Source: Gemmatimonadota bacterium (GTDB lineage Bacteria > Gemmatimonadota > Gemmatimonadetes > Gemmatimonadales > Gemmatimonadaceae). From it: a stretch of 64,000 nt of DNA. A program made the position numbers and the translations under genes. The notes under the pieces are model-generated. The model ran no database searches. It was not told where the DNA came from and saw nothing but the letters and a program-made list of their open reading frames with translations. Below, one piece after another: positions 39,123 through 48,973 of the stretch (position 1 is the stretch's first letter; each line of letters starts with the position of its first letter). The DNA lies in contig JAZJZK010000014.1 in the NCBI GenBank assembly GCA_040389905.1, forward strand, positions 241,070 to 305,069. The letters are read 5' to 3'.

Positions 39123-39227
39123 ATGGATGAGCAGAAACAGACCGCGCGGGATATTCGGGCGGCGATCATCTTCGGAATCGTGGCAGCGACGCTCGAACTC
39201 GGCGCGCTAATCTACTTCTTCCGGTAG
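39123..39227 (+). CDS. Small single-TM membrane protein (34 aa), not in the ORF track
   Basis: GAGG RBS; MDEQKQTARDIRAAIIFGIVAATLELGALIYFFR*; 16 nt before the next gene. Confidence 0.65.
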   Translation: MDEQKQTARDIRAAIIFGIVAATLELGALIYFFR

Positions 39228-39243
39228 CTGAAGGACGATCATC

Positions 39244-40941
39244 ATGTATCTGGCGTTGCTCGCCCTCGCATTTCAGTTACGAGCGCCCATGCTCGCGGAC
39301 GTTTCGCAGAATCCTCGCCAGCGCACGAGCGCGGATTCGCTACGCGACCTGGAGCACGCGAAGAGTGCTCAACGCAACTTCGAGCGGAGCCGGAGAGCCT
39401 TGCTCCCTCAGGGTTCGAGCAGCGGCGGCCGGTGCGACGTGCGGCTCGGCAGATATTGCTGGTGGTACGACGCGGCGACGCCGAAGTTCCCAGCGGAAAA
39501 TGAAACGATTGGACGACGTCGCGAGGAGCTTCTTGCCGAGCTCGATTCTGCGGCAGCCCGGCAGCCCGGAGACGACTGGCTCGCCGCAATGCGCGTGCAT
39601 TACCGGATCGACGCGAAAGCCTTCGACGCAGCCGACAGCGCCGCCACATCCTGCCGAGCAACGAGTTGGTGGTGCAGCGCTCTCGTCGGCTATGCGGCGA
39701 CCGCGCACTTCATGGGCGCGCGCGCTGATTCCGCATTCACGCGAGCACGGGGGGCGATGCCGCCGGATGTTGCGTGCAAGTGGAGCGACATCAGGTCGCT
39801 CTTGTCCGGTGATGACCGGGACGCATATGAAAAGCAAAGCTGCGAGGCGCGCGTCGCGAGCGAGCGGCGCTACTGGCTGTTGAGCAAGCCGCAGCTGAAC
39901 ACCGCCGCGAACGACTGGGAGAACGAGTTCAACGTTCGCCGGGTAATCATCTGGCTTGGCGAGCGCGCCGCCACGCCGCACCTCCTCGGCTGGGGTGACG
40001 ATGCCGCCGAGCTGGTACTGCGTTACGGATGGCCGGTTGCGTGGAGTCAGGTGCAGACATCGAGCGTCGGAGCGACCGAACCGAGCATCATTGGGCACGA
40101 TCCATCGCCCAGCTTTGCCTTCGCGCCCAACGGATGGCTCGCGGATACGACGCGGAGCCTTGGCGCAGGCGCATGGGACTTCAACGATGCCCGATCCACG
40201 GCTCGTTTCGCGCCGCGCGGAATTCGTCGCGTCACCGTCGCGAGTGCGCAATACGCGCGTTTCCGCCGGGGCGATAGTACGTTGGTCGTGACAGCCTATG
40301 TCGCCAGCGATGATTCGCTGCGAAACGGCGTCGCGATGACGAGCGCGGCCGCGATCGGTGTGCCACCAGCGACGAGCCCGGCAGACACAACTCGGCTTGG
40401 ACGCGCTCAACTGCGATTTGTGGGAACTCCCCTGGTAGCCGGCGCCGAGGTCGTCGATACCGCAACCGGTACGCTCGCTCGTTCCCGGGTGGTCTTTCCA
40501 CCGTCCGCGGATTCCGGGCGCATCGCGCTGTCGGATGTGCTCATCTATCGCGCAGGGGAGGAGCCGGCGCCATCGCTCGATTCCGCGCTGGCGAGGGCAA
40601 TTCCTGGCGACACCGCGACGCGCAACAAGCCAATCGGCTTGTTCTGGGAAACCTACGGCCTGTTTGACGCTGAAACGGTCGATGTGGCAGTCAGCGTCGA
40701 ACGCATCGACCACAGTTGGATTCGGAGCGCCCGCCAGCGTCTCGGGCTGACGCCAGTCGATACGCCGATCCGAATTCGGTGGACGGACACGCGCCCGCGA
40801 GCCAACGGCGCTTCACCGCACGCCATTTCGCTGGACCTCGAGAATCTCGATTCGGGTCGCTACCGGGTGACGCTGTCCGTCACGCCGCTCGAGGGGAAAC
40901 CGGTCACGTCGACGCGCGAGATCGAGCTGATCGATCCTTAG
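39244..40941 (+). CDS. Hypothetical exported protein (Cys/Trp-rich N-terminus, RYGWP motif, Ig-like C-terminus)
   Basis: Signal peptide; RCDVRLGRYCWWYD; LDSGRYRVTLSV. Confidence 0.8.
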   Translation: MYLALLALAFQLRAPMLADVSQNPRQRTSADSLRDLEHAKSAQRNFERSRRALLPQGSSSGGRCDVRLGRYCWWYDAATPKFPAENETIGRRREELLAELDSAAARQPGDDWLAAMRVHYRIDAKAFDAADSAATSCRATSWWCSALVGYAATAHFMGARADSAFTRARGAMPPDVACKWSDIRSLLSGDDRDAYEKQSCEARVASERRYWLLSKPQLNTAANDWENEFNVRRVIIWLGERAATPHLLGWGDDAAELVLRYGWPVAWSQVQTSSVGATEPSIIGHDPSPSFAFAPNGWLADTTRSLGAGAWDFNDARSTARFAPRGIRRVTVASAQYARFRRGDSTLVVTAYVASDDSLRNGVAMTSAAAIGVPPATSPADTTRLGRAQLRFVGTPLVAGAEVVDTATGTLARSRVVFPPSADSGRIALSDVLIYRAGEEPAPSLDSALARAIPGDTATRNKPIGLFWETYGLFDAETVDVAVSVERIDHSWIRSARQRLGLTPVDTPIRIRWTDTRPRANGASPHAISLDLENLDSGRYRVTLSVTPLEGKPVTSTREIELIDP

Positions 40942-40973
40942 GCGGTAAGAAGCATGGAACCGAAACAGCCTTT

Positions 40974-41126
40974 ACCACAGAGGACACAGAGGACACAGAG
41001 CCAGTCCTTTGCGTCCTCCGCGACCTCTGCGTCTAATAGCTCGTACAAAGCCATAGCGTGGGAGCAATAGCGGCGCCGCTGCACCAGACCAACGCAGTCC
41101 TCCGTGTCCTCTGTGTCCTCTGTGGT
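40974..41126. repeat. Inverted 9-bp tandem-repeat element (CACAGAGGA / TCCTCTGTG)
   Basis: accacagaggacacagaggacacagag ... ctccgtgtcctctgtgtcctctgtggt between convergent genes; degenerate extra arm at ~41007-41032. Confidence 0.85.
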
Positions 41127-41149
41127 TAAAGCGTCTTTCAGTTAGCGCC

Positions 41150-42088
41150 CTAGCGCGACTGAGCCTTCACGGTCACCGGCGCCGGAACGATCGCCCCATC
41201 GGCGCGCGCGCGAGGGAGTACGGGCGTCACCTTCGCCGGCGTGTGTCCCTTCGTCGCATAGGGCACATCCCCCGGGGTGCCACCATTCGGCCAATCGAGC
41301 TCCTTGCCCGGCGAATCCGGCCGCGGATGCGCATCGATGTACGCGGCCACGTCGAACGCTTGCTGGTCGGTGAGCGAGCCCGGCTTGTCAAACGGCATGT
41401 TGTGCCGCACGAACGAAGCGGCCCGCTCGACGCGCGCCATCGACGCACCGACGGAGTATGACTTGGGGCCCCAGAGTGCAGGAACGACCGCGACGCCACC
41501 ACCATCCGCGCCGTGACAGCGGGCACAGTTGTTCGTGAATACCTCGTGCCCACGGCCGCTATCCGAGGCGAGCGCCACCATCTTCGGCATCCCCTCGCCG
41601 GCCACGTGTCCGCCCGCCGGAGCGCCGCGCGAGATGAACGCCAGATAGGCGATGATATCCACCATCTCTCGACTGCGCGTCGGTAGCGCACGCCCGGCCA
41701 GGCTGCGCGTGAAGCAGTAGTTCACCCGATCCTCGAGTGGGATCACGGCGTCCGAGCGCTCGAGGTACTTGGGGAAGCGCGCATGAACGCCAGCGAGCGG
41801 CGCCGCGTTCGGGCGGAGCCCCGCGTCCAGATGGCAGCTGGAACACTTCAGGTTCCCGCCGACGTATGCCGGCAGGGAATCCGGCGTATGCTCGATCAGC
41901 GCCTTCCCGCGGCGAATCGAGATACCCAGTGGACCGTCCGGTATGGCGGAGTCCGCCGTCGACGCAAGCGCGACATGCGCTGGGGCGGCCGTGGCCGTCG
42001 ACTCAGGTTTTGCTGAGTCTGCTTTGGGAGTCGCGTTGGTGCACGCAGCGAGTGCGAGCGCGAGGAGCGAAGAGACACGGAGTTGCAT
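41150..42088 (-). CDS. tsdA: Diheme c-type cytochrome lipoprotein, thiosulfate dehydrogenase TsdA-like
   Basis: CSSCH and CARCH; RVNYCFTRS (Cys ligand); LWGPKSYSVGASM, HNMP; lipobox LAAC. Confidence 0.8.
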   Translation of the reverse strand: MQLRVSSLLALALAACTNATPKADSAKPESTATAAPAHVALASTADSAIPDGPLGISIRRGKALIEHTPDSLPAYVGGNLKCSSCHLDAGLRPNAAPLAGVHARFPKYLERSDAVIPLEDRVNYCFTRSLAGRALPTRSREMVDIIAYLAFISRGAPAGGHVAGEGMPKMVALASDSGRGHEVFTNNCARCHGADGGGVAVVPALWGPKSYSVGASMARVERAASFVRHNMPFDKPGSLTDQQAFDVAAYIDAHPRPDSPGKELDWPNGGTPGDVPYATKGHTPAKVTPVLPRARADGAIVPAPVTVKAQSR

Positions 42089-42188
42089 GAACACTCGATT
42101 TCTGGTCGTCCGGACGCTGTCGCCGGCGCGTGCCGGGCGCAAGGGTCGATAAAACCCTTGTATCTTTTGCGCGGGTCAGACAGTCTTC

Positions 42189-43886
42189 GTGCCAGTCCCG
42201 CGGCACAGCGTTGTGCCGCCATCTCTCGCTCCGCCGCAACCGGCCCCCACCGCCGAACCGCTGCGCCTCTTCGCTCGCTCATTCGCGTGCTCGATGCTGA
42301 GCTCGTGCGTCCTGTCGATTCCCGCTCGGGCCGCGGAATGCGCGGTCATGGAATCGCGAGGTTCGCTCGCGCCAATGAGTGGTGTTCACATCTCATCGGT
42401 GGACATCACGAGCAATGGACCGGTGCTGCCCGGCCCTGCCGCCTTCTTCAACGGTTTGCACGTCGTCTCCCTCCAGTCGGTGATTCGGCGCCAATTGCTC
42501 TTCGCGCCCGGCGATACCGTCGACACGCTGCTCGTGGGGGAAACGATGCGCCGGCTGCGGGCGCAGCGCCTGTTCACGGACGCGAAGATTCTCGCGACGC
42601 GGTGCGATCCCTCGGGAGGTGTTGCGCTCACCGTGAGCACAGTCGATACCTGGACGCTCCGGCCGAGGGCACAGCTTCGCACCGGGTCCCAATTGTCGCT
42701 TGGCGTCGAAGACCGGAATTTCCTCGGCACTGGCAAGTCCGTCTCTCTCACGCGCGAATACACGATGCGCGGCAACGGTGCGGCGTTCGCGTTCTCGGAC
42801 CCGTTCTTCTTCGGGCCGCACGTCTCCGCGAGTGGCCGGCTCGCGAACCTCGCCGGTGGGCACACGTTGCGATTCGGCGTGCGCAAACACGACTACAGCG
42901 TCTTCGACGACTGGAAGGCGGAAGGAAACCTCTCGCGCCTCTCTTTTGGGGATACCATCGTCGGAGAGCGCGCGCTCCACACGATCACCGCGATGACGAT
43001 GGTCGGCCGCCGCATCGGTGGGGGGCTCGGCGGATCGACGTTGCTGCTCATTGGGGCGGAATTCGACAGTGCGGCGAGCATTTCTCCGTCGAAGCGAGCG
43101 GTTGGGCCCGACTTGGCACATACGCGGAGCTTTGCAGGCATCGACGTCGGACTTCAGCGGCGCACGGCACAGTTCGACAGCGCGAGCTGGATCGTGCCAG
43201 GCCGGGGCTTCATCGATATCCCACTCGGACTCGAGGGCGAAGGAGTCGTCGCGACGGGATATGAGCGCGGGCTGAGTCGGGCAGCCATGAAGCTCGACGC
43301 GTGGATGGGACGCGTGTGGATGCCGCATCGTGGCAGCATCCTCATGGTGGACGGCTGGGCGTCGAGCTATTTCGGCAGCGGAATGGACCGCAATCGCATC
43401 ACGCGTGGTGCCGTTTCATTCTATGATGCGGCAGCGCGCGGCATGTGGGCCGCGCGCGTGACCGCCGAGCAATTGCTCGAGGTCGATCCCGACCGTCGCG
43501 GACTGTCGCTGATGGCGGTCGCTGACCGCACCACGCCCGTCGTCCGTCATTGGGCAGCACGTGGCGGTAAGTCAGTCGCTGCGTCCCTTGGCCGCGACGT
43601 GCACCTGTTTCACGCAGGAGGGGCGTCGGTGGTCAACGTGGGCGGTTTTCTTGCGGGCTCGTATCGATGGGAAGTGATGGACGTCCCCGACCAGTCGCTT
43701 CGCGTCGGGGTCGTGGGCGCGCGGCTGCGCGTCCTGTCCGCGAACGGCACCGTGAGCAGCGTTCGACTCGACGTCGGCTTTCCCGTCGTCCGGAGCGAGA
43801 TCCTATCGCCGAAACCGTACGTAGTATTGACGTACGGGACGCTGTTCGACGTCAGCCGGCAGCGGGACGGGCGCCGCACCTTTTAA
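42189..43886 (+). CDS. Outer-membrane beta-barrel protein with POTRA-like N-terminus (Omp85/TamA-like); start uncertain
   Basis: VIRRQLLFAPGD...ETMRRLR..F; EDRNFLGTGK; C-terminal Phe. Confidence 0.7.
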   Translation: MPVPRHSVVPPSLAPPQPAPTAEPLRLFARSFACSMLSSCVLSIPARAAECAVMESRGSLAPMSGVHISSVDITSNGPVLPGPAAFFNGLHVVSLQSVIRRQLLFAPGDTVDTLLVGETMRRLRAQRLFTDAKILATRCDPSGGVALTVSTVDTWTLRPRAQLRTGSQLSLGVEDRNFLGTGKSVSLTREYTMRGNGAAFAFSDPFFFGPHVSASGRLANLAGGHTLRFGVRKHDYSVFDDWKAEGNLSRLSFGDTIVGERALHTITAMTMVGRRIGGGLGGSTLLLIGAEFDSAASISPSKRAVGPDLAHTRSFAGIDVGLQRRTAQFDSASWIVPGRGFIDIPLGLEGEGVVATGYERGLSRAAMKLDAWMGRVWMPHRGSILMVDGWASSYFGSGMDRNRITRGAVSFYDAAARGMWAARVTAEQLLEVDPDRRGLSLMAVADRTTPVVRHWAARGGKSVAASLGRDVHLFHAGGASVVNVGGFLAGSYRWEVMDVPDQSLRVGVVGARLRVLSANGTVSSVRLDVGFPVVRSEILSPKPYVVLTYGTLFDVSRQRDGRRTF

Positions 43887-44001
43887 GGTTGACGATTGCC
43901 CCGCGCCGCGTAACCTGTCGACAGCGCAGGAACTTCGTGCAGGTTGGCGAAGTTTTGCTACGGTGCGTTTCTCGCCAGATTAGCTGATCCGCCAGCCGCA
44001 G

Positions 44002-45348
44002 GTGTTCATGACAAGCATCGCGTCGTCGCAGGGTACGCCGCGGGTTTCCAACCCGACGCAGGTCCAGTCGGCGATCGCGTCCCTCGAGCGGGCGCGCGCA
44101 CACACGCTGGCGATCATCGCGCCGCTTACCGATGACGATGTGGCCACGCAGCACGATTCGCTGATGAGCCCGATTCTCTGGGACCTCGGACACATTGCCG
44201 CATTCGAGAATCTGTGGCTGCTTCACAATCTCGACGGGCCGATCGAATTCTCGGAGATGCCGGGGACGTACAATCCCTTCGAACATCCCCGTTCGACGCG
44301 GGGCGCACTCCCCTTACCCACGCTCGACGGCCAGCGCGCTGAGCTGGCACGGGTTCGAGCGCGTGTGCAGACGCGCCTCGCCAATGAACCGTTCGACGCC
44401 CGCGCTCCCCTCCTGCGCGACGCGTACGTGGTCCGGATGGTCGCTCAACACGAGCGGCAGCATCAGGAAACGATTCTCCAGACTCTCCAACTGAAGACCG
44501 GCCTGCCGTATCCGGCACCGCGCATGTGGACGCTGCCTCGAGGCCGAGCGCGGGACGGAGACTCGATGGTCGCGTTCCCGGGTGGGCGCGTTCAGATCGG
44601 CACGGACGATCGCACGGAGAGCTACGACAACGAGCGCCCGGCGCACGAGGTCGAGCTTGCCCCGTTTCTGATCGATGCGACCGCGGTGACCAACGAGGCG
44701 TATCTGCAATTCGTCGAAGCCGGAGGCTACGACACGCGAGCCCATTGGAGCGAGGCGGGCTGGCGCTGGCGAACGGAGAGCGGTGCGTGCGCACCGAAAC
44801 ACTGGCAATATGACGACGATGGGAACTGGAGCACGCGCTCGATGGATCTGGTGGAGATACTTGATCCGCTGAAGCCGGTGTGCCACGTGTGCTATCACGA
44901 GGCCGACGCGTACGCGCGCTCCGTCGGGAAGCGCTTGCCCACCGAGCACGAATGGGAAGCCGCTGCGACGTGGAATCCGATGCAGGCGCGCCAGCAACGC
45001 TTCCCCTGGGGCGACGAGCCGCTGTCACGCGATCTCGCGAACGTCGACCAGCTTGGCTTCGGTACGGCGCAGGTGGGTGCATACCCGCGCAACGTGTCGC
45101 CGATCGGTTGCTACGGGATGATCGGCGACGTCTGGGAATGGACGTCGAGTGATTTCACCGGGTATCCGTCCTACGCGACCTTCCCCTACGCCGAATACTC
45201 GGAGGTCTTCTTCGGCAATGCGTACAAGGTGTTGCGCGGCGGCTCGTGGGCGACGGCCGCCGACGTTGCCCGTGCCACCTTCCGCAACTGGGACTACCCG
45301 ATCCGCCGACAGATCTTCGCGGGCTTCCGATGTGCGCGTGATGCATGA
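44002..45348 (+). CDS. egtB: Ergothioneine sulfoxide synthase (type I, gamma-Glu-Cys-using motif)
   Basis: DinB domain SPILWDLGH, HERQHQE; FGE-like domain; FPYAEYS; FRNWDYPIRRQIFAGFR. Confidence 0.92.
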   Translation: MFMTSIASSQGTPRVSNPTQVQSAIASLERARAHTLAIIAPLTDDDVATQHDSLMSPILWDLGHIAAFENLWLLHNLDGPIEFSEMPGTYNPFEHPRSTRGALPLPTLDGQRAELARVRARVQTRLANEPFDARAPLLRDAYVVRMVAQHERQHQETILQTLQLKTGLPYPAPRMWTLPRGRARDGDSMVAFPGGRVQIGTDDRTESYDNERPAHEVELAPFLIDATAVTNEAYLQFVEAGGYDTRAHWSEAGWRWRTESGACAPKHWQYDDDGNWSTRSMDLVEILDPLKPVCHVCYHEADAYARSVGKRLPTEHEWEAAATWNPMQARQQRFPWGDEPLSRDLANVDQLGFGTAQVGAYPRNVSPIGCYGMIGDVWEWTSSDFTGYPSYATFPYAEYSEVFFGNAYKVLRGGSWATAADVARATFRNWDYPIRRQIFAGFRCARDA

Positions 45349-46321
45349 GTCGGCCGTCGTTCCGGCGACGTTGCTGTCCGCTGCCGCGGGGCAATCGCGC
45401 ATGCGCGCCGACGTGCGCGACGGACTTTTTCGCGGCGGCCAGAAGGAGCTGCCGCCCACCTATTTTTATGACGCGCGCGGCTCGATCCTGTTCGATGAGA
45501 TCACGCGCCTCGATGAGTACTATCCGACGCGCGCTGAGCGCGCGCTCCTCGAGGCCTTTGCACAAGAGATCATCGTGACGAGCGGCGCCCGCGCGCTCGC
45601 GGAACTTGGCGCCGGCACTGCGGAGAAGTCGCGCATCCTTCTGCGCGCGCTCGCCGACGCGGCCCCCGGCGCACAGTATCTACCGATCGACGTTGATGGG
45701 GACACACTCGCGATCACGGCGGCCGAGCTTCGCGCGGAGTTCCCGTCGCTCCAGATCCTTCCGATCGTCGCCGATATGCGCGATGACGTCGCGGCGGCCG
45801 GTGCGCGTCATCCCCTGCTGTACGCCTTTCTCGGAAGTACGATCGGAAACTTTGGTCCGGACGCCGCGCGCGAACTGTTGATGCGGATCCGAAGCTCCCT
45901 TCGCCCGACCGACCGCTTGCTGCTCGGCGTCGACCTGGTCAAGAACGTGGCGACCCTCAATGCCGCCTACAACGACGCGCGCGGAGTCACCGCCGATTTC
46001 AACCTCAACGTGCTTCGCGTGCTGAATCGCGAGCTGGGCGCAGATTTCGATCTCGATGCCTTCACGCATCACGCGTTCTACAATGAGGGTCTCGCACGCA
46101 TCGAAATGCATCTCGTCGCGAGAACTCCGGTGACCGTCGCGATCCCGGAGTTGGGCACGGTGCAGTTTGCCGGTGGAGAGTCGGTGCGCACGGAGATCAG
46201 CTGCAAGTACGACCGCGCATCCGCAACCGCGCTGCTCGAGGGCAGTGGGTTTCGCCTCACGGAATGGATGGTCGGAGAGCATCCGCAGTTTGCCCTCCTG
46301 CTCGCAGAGCCGGCGCCTTGA
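45341..46321 (+). CDS. egtD: Histidine N-alpha-trimethyltransferase
   Basis: KELPPTYFYDARGS.LFDEIT.LDEYYPTRAE, ELGAG, FLGSTIGN, AAYND, RTEISCKY. Confidence 0.95.
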   Translation: MHESAVVPATLLSAAAGQSRMRADVRDGLFRGGQKELPPTYFYDARGSILFDEITRLDEYYPTRAERALLEAFAQEIIVTSGARALAELGAGTAEKSRILLRALADAAPGAQYLPIDVDGDTLAITAAELRAEFPSLQILPIVADMRDDVAAAGARHPLLYAFLGSTIGNFGPDAARELLMRIRSSLRPTDRLLLGVDLVKNVATLNAAYNDARGVTADFNLNVLRVLNRELGADFDLDAFTHHAFYNEGLARIEMHLVARTPVTVAIPELGTVQFAGGESVRTEISCKYDRASATALLEGSGFRLTEWMVGEHPQFALLLAEPAP

Positions 46322-47535
46322 AATACGCGGCGAGCGCTCGCTCAGCGTGGGTCGAGCGCTACCTCGCGGAGCACTGTTTTTCTCCGCCCGCTTCCAGCCG
46401 GCTGACGTTCGGCGCAGAACTCGAACTGCTCGCGTACACCAGTCCGTCCCACACGATCGCTCCCATCGTCGGACAGCACGGGCAGACGGGAACCCTCGAC
46501 ATCGTGCGCATCGCGGCCAAATCCATGCGGTGGGCGGAATGTGTTTCTGCCAAAGGCGTTCCGCGCTTCGCGAGTGCGAGCGGCGGGTCCTTGACCTTCG
46601 AGCCTGGCGGCCAGCTCGAGTATGCGAGCGCCGTGCACCACTCGCTCGACGCGCTGGCCCACGAGCTGACCACCGTCGAGTCACTGCTCACTCGCGTCGC
46701 ACAGGAACATGGGATCGAGTTGGTCGCGCGAGGCGTAGATCCATACAACGGCGCGAGCGACGCTCCACTCCAGCTCACCGCAGAGCGGTATGCACGCATG
46801 GCTCGTCATTTCGCGACCATCGGTGCAGACGGCGCGCGCATGATGCGCCAGACGGCGAGCCTTCAGGTGAACATCGGCGGCATTCGGCCCACCGAACGCT
46901 GGGCGGTCGCAAACGCGATGGCTCCGATGCTGGTGGCCATGTTCGCGAACTCAGCGCAGTACGCCGGCACCGACACCGGCTGCGCCAGCTATCGCGCGGA
47001 AACGTGGCGTGGCGTCGACCCGTGCCGAACGGGCGTGTTCGACAGCGGAGATCCTGTGCGTGAGTATGCGGCGTTCGCCCTGCGCGCGAGTGCGATACTC
47101 GCGGCAGACGAGAGCGTCCCCTTCCACGCACTACCTGATGGCGTCGCAACCGACGCCGCGCTGGCGACGCATCTCACGACGCTGTTTCCGGAGGTTCGCC
47201 CGAGACAGTACCTGGAGCTGCGGTCGATCGATGCGGTTGACGGCGCGCGTCGCGCCATCGCCCTGGGCCTGGTCGCGGGAGTGCTGTGTGACGGCGCCGC
47301 TGCGCAGGACGCCGTCGACCTGCTCGGCCGGCCCGATGAAGATGTGCTGCGCGCGGCGGGGATCGCCGGGCTCGCCGATGAACCTTGGGCGTCGCGCGCA
47401 CGCGACCTCATCGATATCGCCGCGCGCGGCTGCATGCGGCTCGGCGGCGACATCGTATCGCCCGCGCTGGTGGAGGAGATGCGCGCAGCGTTCGGCGCCG
47501 TGGCGGGACTCGCGTCTCCCACTGCGCGGTCGTAG
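46318..47535 (+). CDS. egtA: Glutamate-cysteine ligase, EgtA/GCS2-like
   Basis: GAELE, LTFEPGGQLE, MMRQTASLQVN, HLTTLFPEVRPRQYLELRSID; TTG start overlaps the egtD stop. Confidence 0.8.
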   Translation: MKYAASARSAWVERYLAEHCFSPPASSRLTFGAELELLAYTSPSHTIAPIVGQHGQTGTLDIVRIAAKSMRWAECVSAKGVPRFASASGGSLTFEPGGQLEYASAVHHSLDALAHELTTVESLLTRVAQEHGIELVARGVDPYNGASDAPLQLTAERYARMARHFATIGADGARMMRQTASLQVNIGGIRPTERWAVANAMAPMLVAMFANSAQYAGTDTGCASYRAETWRGVDPCRTGVFDSGDPVREYAAFALRASAILAADESVPFHALPDGVATDAALATHLTTLFPEVRPRQYLELRSIDAVDGARRAIALGLVAGVLCDGAAAQDAVDLLGRPDEDVLRAAGIAGLADEPWASRARDLIDIAARGCMRLGGDIVSPALVEEMRAAFGAVAGLASPTARS

Positions 47536-47611
47536 CTTTAGGGACTTCACCAATGTCCCGCTCCCGGCTCTGTGGGAACGGGATTTCCGTCTCCTACCAC
47601 GGGATTACGAG

Positions 47612-48973
47612 ATGCGGTGCTTGACTCTCGCCCTCGCCAGCGCCATCGCGCTCGCGTCGGTTCCGCAACACGCGCTCCAGGCACAAGGCGCCGGCCGGAT
47701 CCAGCTCGACACATTCTCCCTCGCCAACGGGCTGCGTGTCGTGCTCGCGCCAGACCATTCGACTCAGGTGGTCGCGGTCAACGTCTGGTACAACGTCGGC
47801 TCGCGCAACGAGGTGGCCGGGCGCACCGGCTTCGCGCATCTGTTCGAGCACATGATGTTCCAGGGCTCCGGCAATGTCGCCAAAGGCGATCACATGTCGA
47901 TGGTCGAACGCGCGGGCGGCCAGATGAACGGCAGCACGCAGGACGATCGCACCAACTATTGGGAAGTACTTCCCTCGAACCGCTACAACATGGGCCTCTG
48001 GCTCGAGGCCGATCGCATGAAGTCGCTCGCGATCACGCAGCCCAATTTCGAGAACCAGCGTGAGACGGTGAAGGAAGAGCGCCGGATGCGCATCGACAAC
48101 CAGCCGTACACGGGCGCATTCCTGAAGGGCGTCACTGCGCCGTTCGACGCCAAGACCTGCTTCGCGTACGGCCATGAGCTGATCGGCTCGATGACGGATC
48201 TCAACGCCGCGAAGACCGAGGACGTCAAGGCGTTCTTCGACCTCTACTACGCGCCGAACAATGCGACACTGACACTCGTCGGCGATTTCGATCCCGCCGA
48301 AGCGAAGCAATTGGTCACGCAATATTTCGGCGATATTCCGCGTGCAAAGGACCCGCCAGCCGTCACCTGCGACGCGAAGTTCAACGCGGGCGAGAAGCGC
48401 ATGTCCGTGACAGACGACAAGGCGACGCTCCCTGCACTCCTCCGCATCTTCCTCGTTCCCGAATACAAGAACCAGGACCACGCCGCGCTCGAACTCCTCG
48501 CCACGATTCTCGGCGGCGGTGAGAGTTCGCGCATGAATCGGGCGATCGCGCGCGAAGCGAAGGCTGCGCTCGCCACGCAGGTCGGACTCGACGTCACGGG
48601 CCCGCACCGCGGACCCAGCACGTTCGCCGCATTGGCCATTGCCAATCAAGGCGTGTCCACCGACTCCCTCGACAAGCTCATTTCGAAGGAGATTGCGAAG
48701 GTCGCCGCCGACGGGGTGACGGACGAGGAACTCACCAAGGCGAAGAACAATCGCCGCGCCGGTGAGATCTTCGGCAAGCAACAGGCGCTCAACCTCGCCG
48801 AATCCATTCAGGCCGCCACCATGTACCTGGGCAGCCCGAATGCGATCAATACCGACCTCGATCGCTACATGCGCGTGACGAAAGACGACCTCAAGCGCGT
48901 GGCGCAGCAATACCTGCGACCCGAGAATTCGACCGTGATTCTGATCAAGCCGCCCGAGGGGCCACGCCCATGA
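47612..48973 (+). CDS. M16 (pitrilysin-family) zinc peptidase, active subunit, exported
   Basis: GFAHLFEHMMF (HxxEH); signal peptide from ATG 47612. Confidence 0.92.
   Translation: MRCLTLALASAIALASVPQHALQAQGAGRIQLDTFSLANGLRVVLAPDHSTQVVAVNVWYNVGSRNEVAGRTGFAHLFEHMMFQGSGNVAKGDHMSMVERAGGQMNGSTQDDRTNYWEVLPSNRYNMGLWLEADRMKSLAITQPNFENQRETVKEERRMRIDNQPYTGAFLKGVTAPFDAKTCFAYGHELIGSMTDLNAAKTEDVKAFFDLYYAPNNATLTLVGDFDPAEAKQLVTQYFGDIPRAKDPPAVTCDAKFNAGEKRMSVTDDKATLPALLRIFLVPEYKNQDHAALELLATILGGGESSRMNRAIAREAKAALATQVGLDVTGPHRGPSTFAALAIANQGVSTDSLDKLISKEIAKVAADGVTDEELTKAKNNRRAGEIFGKQQALNLAESIQAATMYLGSPNAINTDLDRYMRVTKDDLKRVAQQYLRPENSTVILIKPPEGPRP

Noticed and set aside
44002..45348. EgtB homolog as selenoneine synthase SenA or ovothiol synthase OvoA
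   Set aside because: No senB or selD neighbours and no fused methyltransferase; egtD/egtA context and type I motif fit EgtB
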